DNA from: Candidatus Methanoperedenaceae archaeon
GTDB taxonomy: Archaea > Halobacteriota > Methanosarcinia > Methanosarcinales > Methanoperedenaceae
Reading direction: 5' to 3'
Assembly: GCA_963753595.1 (NCBI GenBank)
Contig: CAVWCX010000020.1
Location: 16,280-80,279 of the forward strand
DNA length: 64,000 nucleotides
How positions within the stretch are numbered: position 1 is the stretch's first letter; each line of letters starts with the position of its first letter. This document shows, one piece after another, positions 58,575 through 64,000 of the stretch. Below the pieces are notes generated by a model. It had not been told where the DNA came from. It worked only from the letters and a program-made list of their open reading frames with translations, and did no database searches. A program made the position numbers and the translations under genes.

Positions 58575-59709
58575 TATGGATCGCCTCTACCGGATTCATT
58601 CTTGAAGCTCTGCGGGCCGGATATATGCCAGCGATCATATTAATGACAATGGCGAACACCCCGGCTTTATGAAGTTCTCAGGAACTATAAGGAACGGCAT
58701 GTGATCCATCTCGAAATATATTTCCGGCGGAACGGGTATGGTAATGGAAGACAGATAAAGGGATGAAATATATACAAGTACGGACCCGATGATGACGCCC
58801 GCCATCCCGAGTATGCCTGCCTCGATGAAAAAAATAAGACCGATGCTTTTCTTGACGTACCCATAGCCATTAACATACCTATTCCCCACATCCTGCGCCC
58901 ATGATAGATGACAAAGAAATACGATATGGCATAGATAAGTTATAGATGATATATGCGAACTGGGACTGCGTGTCTATCAGGTCAAGTATCTCCCTGTTCT
59001 CTTCCATCCAGCTTACAGCATCATAATCCGTTTTCTGTTCTTCCCCAGGCCAGCATATCAGCAGCGTAAATATCAGAGATCTTTATCCTTATTCCAGTAA
59101 CAATATCCCCCGTATTATAAAAATCCTGAACTGCAAAAGACCTGCATATGCAAGCGTCTCATCTGCCGGTGTCCCTGTCCGCATGAGACCAGTAATTAGA
59201 AAATCAGTGGGTTCTGACCCGGGGAATTTGCAGTAACAATATCGCCCATATCACATCGGATTTAGTGCCAGTTTCGATCCGAGTATTATCCTGTTTACTG
59301 GCCCGGCAAGGGACATGAAATCCCCCTGGATAATATCCTTTTACACTTTCAGTACCATGTTCTCATCTTCAGGGTCTATGCCAGACAATACCGCCCCTTC
59401 AACATTATCCCTGTACTGAAGGGCAACATCCCCGGAATAATAGGAAGATACTGCTATCACGCTCTCCTGTTCACGTATTTTATTCTCAAGTCCGTGATAA
59501 AGGAATATGAAATCCTCGTTCTCTTTAGGCAGGACCGTTATATGTGCCTGGTTCTCCACCGTGACGTCGATGATCTGTTTAACGAATCCGCTGAGCATTG
59601 ATGTTGAAATTATTATTATAGCAACAGCAAGAGCCACTGCCATGACAGAGAATAAGGTCTGGCGCCTGCGTGACCTGATATGTCTTGACGCGATCATCAG
59701 CTCAAACAT
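58575..59709 (-). pseudogene. LolC/E (FtsX-like) ABC permease pseudogene 2
   Basis: MFELMIASRHIRSRRRQTLFS start; fragments in several frames; C-terminal YPARRASRMNPVEAI. Confidence 0.83.
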
Positions 59710-59734
59710 TCAAAAAACCTCTATCATTCAACGC

Positions 59735-60882
59735 TTATCGCCTCCACCGGATCAAGTTTTGAGGCATATCGCGCGGATATATGCCTGCGATCAGGTTCAG
59801 CAAGGAAGTTAAGAGGATTATCAGGACAGCATCCTGTGTCCTTACGATAAAGGGGATCGTACTCACACCTGCATAGAATTCTTCACTCATCTCGTAAGTA
59901 TATGAGCTAGTCATTAAGGATATCAGTACTCCTGCGGCGACTCCCAGCACGAACCCACAAGACCAAGGATTGCACTTTCCATCAGAAATATTGTCATGAT
60001 GCTTCTTCTTGTCGCTCCCATGGCCATCATCATGCCTATTTCTTTTGTCTTTTCCATCACCACCATGACCAATGTGCTTATTATCCCGAATGATGCGATA
60101 ATTATGACCAGGCAGCATTATGTTATTTCCCATGCTTTCGAGCATGATCGTCTGCATTATCTCAGGATTTGTCTCCTTCCAGTCCGAAGCCGGATACCCA
60201 AGAAGATCGACTTTGTCCGATATTGACTTTGCATTATCGGGGTGGTCCACCTTTATCAGGATGCTGTTCACAACACTGGGTACATCAAAAAAATCCTGGG
60301 CTGTGGAAAGGGAAGTATATGCCTGTTTTTCATCCTGGGATGTACCGCTGTCATATATCCCTACAACTTTCAAAGTAGCAGGATTCGCTTCAGGGAATGA
60401 AGCATCTACAGAATCCCCTATCTTCAAATCCAGTTTTTCTGCGAGTTTGTCCCCGAGGACCACACTGTTACGGGTTATCTCAAGGTCTCGGAAACTGCCA
60501 TCAACTATATCTTTGTTAATATGAAGCACTGAATCATGTTCGTTCACCAGTATCCCTGCAGGATGACATTTTTTGACTTCTCTTTGTTCGCAAACGTGGC
60601 CTGTCCGGCAAGAACAGGGGATACGCCCACCACCCCATCTATATTCCTGATATTTCCTGTAAGTTTATTGTACAGGTGGATATTATCTTCCCCTGATTTC
60701 GGTTCAACTGTCACATGAGCCATTTTGTCAACTGTCTTTGCATAAAACTCCTGGGTAAAACCCACCATCAAAGCCTGTGATACCATAAGTATCATGACAG
60801 CGAGACCAATAGCCATTACAGAGAGTATAGTCTGCCTTTTGCGGGATGTCAGATGTCTTAATGGCTATGAAGATTCATACAT
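59735..60882 (-). pseudogene. LolC/E (FtsX-like) ABC permease pseudogene 1
   Basis: RHLTSRKRQTILS, VVLGDKLAEKL, MVVMEKTKEIG and AGIYP spread over several frames. Confidence 0.83.
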
Positions 60883-60887
60883 GAGCA

Positions 60888-62009
60888 TCATCCTTTGCGG
60901 TGATCCGTCCAGATGAATATGAGAATAGCTATTATTGAGAAAAAGGCTGGAAAACTCGGAGCCTTTTCAGTGGCTGCAGGTTCGATATCAAGTACTTTTT
61001 TTTCTTTTGTTTCTATGACCGTATCCCATCTATCGAATACGTCACCATAGTTACCGATCGCTTTGACGGACAATTTAAATAATCCAGGGAGGAGCCTGTT
61101 TTTCCAGGAGACCTCGATCGTTTCATCATCTTTTGACATCAATATGGGGGATTTTTCCTTTATCTCCTCTATCACATCGCCATTTTTAGATACCGTAAAT
61201 ATAATGCTGCCTCGAATGGGACCTGGGATAAACCCATTATTGTGGCGCTGGCCCCGGTTTCGTCCCTGTAGAGCTCTGTGATGCGGGCATCGTCCATGGC
61301 AGTGAAATTTATTGACATGGCGATCACAGCTTCTTCCGGAGGTGAGACCCTGATCTTCAATCTGGTCGAATATTGATGATTATTTTCAAGGAACACATTC
61401 CAGTCCTTTGAAAGAGATGTTGGCTGTATAACAGTGACGCGCCGGTCAGTGGTCCGGTAGATGACCGTATCCCTGTCAACCAGCATATATTCAACGTCTG
61501 CCAGTACCGGTCTTTGTTCTGTGCCGGATTGGGGAATAAGAGGGGCTAAAATGACGCTCACCCCGCTGGAATCAGAGATGATGTCTTTAATAAATATCCT
61601 GGGTAATGACTGCCAGCCTTTGCCGTATGAGAAATTGTAGTATTTCGTTTCCAGGACAGTACCTTGGCCAGGATGATCCTGGTAATATAGTGTCCATCAG
61701 CGGGATTATCAAGATTCCATGATATCACTTTTGTAATATCGTTATCTGGAAATATCTCTTTAATAGCGAATCTTCTGGATGCCAGCACTTTTCCATTGAA
61801 TATCAGGTCTGCATCAAGGGTCATGTCAGTATAATGCAATCAGTTTGAAGAGTAATATCAGCCGAATCTATGTCAGAATATACATCAATTATGTGTATAT
61901 CTTCTGCACTGGCTGATTGAACAGAAAGGATCATAAAAATAGCCATGAAGATGAAAAATCTAAGGCTACTGCTACTGAAATAATGAAATAATCCTCCAAC
62001 CAGTCTCAT
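60888..62009 (-). pseudogene. Exported protein with a C-terminal TM anchor, fragmented
   Basis: Four abutting or overlapping ORF pieces; signal peptide in the first, APSFPAFFSIIAILIF anchor in the last. Confidence 0.72.
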
Positions 62010-62118
62010 TTTCTCATCTCACTAGACATTATTCTTTTAAGCACAATAAATACAGGAGAACAACAAAAATGCTTTCAGGAAAAATTATGTACTTTGCTTG
62101 TGTGTATTCCTCGATTTT

Positions 62119-63813
62119 ATGTTCCTCAAATTCAAAGATGAAGTTTCATCAATATTATCAAGCGCTGTTAAAAAAGCAGGATTCGAGACATTAGACCTTG
62201 CTTTGACCGAATCGCCTCATGCAGACCTTGCGTCTTCTGTGGGATTCAAGCTGGCGCCAAAATATAAAAAAAGCCCTAAAGAGATCAGCGAAAAAATTTA
62301 CAAAAATATCTCGATCCATTCAGGTTCTTATGTTGCCCGTGCTGAAATGACAGGGCCTTATATCAACTTTTTCATAAGCCGCACTTTCCTGAATGAAACC
62401 GTCCTTGCAGTGCTCCATGACAGGGAGAATTTCGGGAACCTGGACAACAGGGGGAAAGTTATCCTGGAGCATACTTCGGCCAATCCTGACGGCCCGCTGC
62501 ATATCGGCCACATCAGGAATTCCGTAATTGGCGATACCCTTGCCCGGATCCTCAAGCGCGCCGGATATGACGTCGAGACGCAGTATTATATTAACGATAT
62601 GGGGCGGCAGATCGCAGTGGTTGTCTGGGGACTTGAGAATTTCGAGTTTGATAAAGCCAAAAAGAAAGACCATGCGATAGCAGAAGTTTATATTAATGCC
62701 AATAAGACTCTCGTTGATGAAAAAGAGCACTCACCCGAAGTTGATGGCATAATGAAAAAATATGAGGTGGGCGAGCCGGAAATAGAAAAGAAATTCAAAA
62801 ATGCCATCGATACATGCATGGAAGGAATAAAAGGATCCCTGACGCGCATGAACATCCATCATGATAAATTCGTCTGGGAATCACAATTCGTCAGGTCTGG
62901 CGAAGTGAACAGGATCATGGAGGAAGTCAAGGCGCTTGACCGCACTGCGTTGAAGGATGGGGCGTTCATGGTTGACCTGAAAGATATGGGGATACAAAAG
63001 TCACTCGTTGTCCAGCGCTCGGACGGGACTTCCCTTTACACCACCCGCGACCTCTCATACCATGAATGGAAGGCAACACAATGCGACAGGATGATCGATA
63101 TCCTGGGAGCCGACCACAAACTTATTTCATCACAACTAAAAGCAGTGCTTCGGATACTGGGTCATAAAGAACCTGAGATCGTTATTTTTGAGTTCGTGTC
63201 GCTGCCCGAAGGTTCCATGAGCACACGGCGCGGTGTCTTCATTTCGGCTGATGAACTCATTGATGAAGTTGAAAAAGCAGCTTTTGAAGTCGTTGATAAA
63301 AAGCTTCCTGACAAAGACCTGGAATTCAAGAAGAAAGTTGCAGCTTTTGTGAGCATCGGCGCGGTGCGATATGATATTATCCGCATATCCCCCGAGAAGG
63401 CAACAGTATTTGATTGGAAAGAGGCTGTGGACTTTGAAAAACAGGGCGCGCCATTTATTCAATACGCCCATGCGAGGGCATGCAGTATCATAAAGAACGC
63501 AAGGGATGAAAGTCTATCATTTGAGGATTTCGATCCCAATATTCTTCTTGAAGAGCAGGAAATATCCCTTATCAAAAAGCTGTCAGGATTTGAAAGCGTG
63601 ATCGATAATGCGTCACGGGAATTGAAACCTAACCTTCTGGCCATATACGCAAGGGAACTTGCGGATTCATTCAACCAGTTCTACAGGTTCGTACCTGTTC
63701 TCGCGGCAGAGCCTGAGTTCAGGTCAGCGCGCCTAGGGCTTGTTGAATGTTCACGCATTGTTCTTGCAAATGCGCTTGATACATTGGGTATATTTGCCCC
63801 TGAATCAATGTAA
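62119..63813 (+). CDS. argS: Arginyl-tRNA synthetase
   Basis: EHTSANPDGPLHIGH, NDMGRQ, MSTRRG, QYAHAR, PESM terminus. Confidence 0.96.
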   Translation: MFLKFKDEVSSILSSAVKKAGFETLDLALTESPHADLASSVGFKLAPKYKKSPKEISEKIYKNISIHSGSYVARAEMTGPYINFFISRTFLNETVLAVLHDRENFGNLDNRGKVILEHTSANPDGPLHIGHIRNSVIGDTLARILKRAGYDVETQYYINDMGRQIAVVVWGLENFEFDKAKKKDHAIAEVYINANKTLVDEKEHSPEVDGIMKKYEVGEPEIEKKFKNAIDTCMEGIKGSLTRMNIHHDKFVWESQFVRSGEVNRIMEEVKALDRTALKDGAFMVDLKDMGIQKSLVVQRSDGTSLYTTRDLSYHEWKATQCDRMIDILGADHKLISSQLKAVLRILGHKEPEIVIFEFVSLPEGSMSTRRGVFISADELIDEVEKAAFEVVDKKLPDKDLEFKKKVAAFVSIGAVRYDIIRISPEKATVFDWKEAVDFEKQGAPFIQYAHARACSIIKNARDESLSFEDFDPNILLEEQEISLIKKLSGFESVIDNASRELKPNLLAIYARELADSFNQFYRFVPVLAAEPEFRSARLGLVECSRIVLANALDTLGIFAPESM

Positions 63814-63840
63814 TAAAATAAGATAAGTGCTATCAGGTTC

Positions 63841-64000
63841 ATGAAAATAATATCTGTCGTAGGGTATAAAAAAACAGGAAAAACAACATTAGTGGGACAG
63901 CTGGTCAAAGCTTTAAAAAAACACGGGTCAGTTGGAACAATAAAACATCTCAACGAACATGATATTAATGAGCCGGATACCGACACATGGAAACATGTAC
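63841..64000 (+). CDS. mobB: Molybdopterin-guanine dinucleotide biosynthesis protein B (partial)
   Basis: [17 protein letters not shown]...VGTIKH...DTDTWKH. Confidence 0.8.
   Translation, partial: MKIISVVGYKKTGKTTLVGQLVKALKKHGSVGTIKHLNEHDINEPDTDTWKHV

Overview
Chromosomal segment of a Methanosarcinales archaeon, most consistent with a Ca. Methanoperedens-like (ANME-2d) organism. This is inferred from gene content (MC1, HdrCBA, AhbC, Methanosarcina-type cob genes, BHB tRNA intron), not from a database search. Core genes: scpA (partial), taw1, two mat paralogs, tmk, glnK, hef, cobD-cbiB-cobZ-cobS-cobY, cooS, RecJ-like DHH, ahbC, hdrCBA, a type IV pilus-like ATPase/platform pair with two KaiC-like genes, five CBS genes plus an RNA ligase, ribH, ilvC, SOD, ccdA, argS and mobB (partial). 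RNA genes: tRNA-Ser(TGA) and an intron-containing tRNA-Glu(TTC). An AT-rich accessory stretch (~4.7-11.2 kb) holds an Mrr-like nuclease and two surface-protein genes, each precisely interrupted by a mobile element: a 203-bp IS4-like MITE with a 10-bp TSD, and an intact ISAzo13 with a 3-bp TSD. The most unexplained signal is a dispersed family of at least seven short elements with ~9-nt periodic left arms and reverse-complementary right arms, in three sequence flavours; one copy appears to retain the start of a GxxExxY nuclease gene. Also notable: a CooS gene next to an H-NOX lacking the O2-binding Tyr, an HdrA fused to a Cys-free MvhD-like domain, and a four-gene ABC operon eroded by microdeletions. 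No CRISPR array or rRNA was seen.
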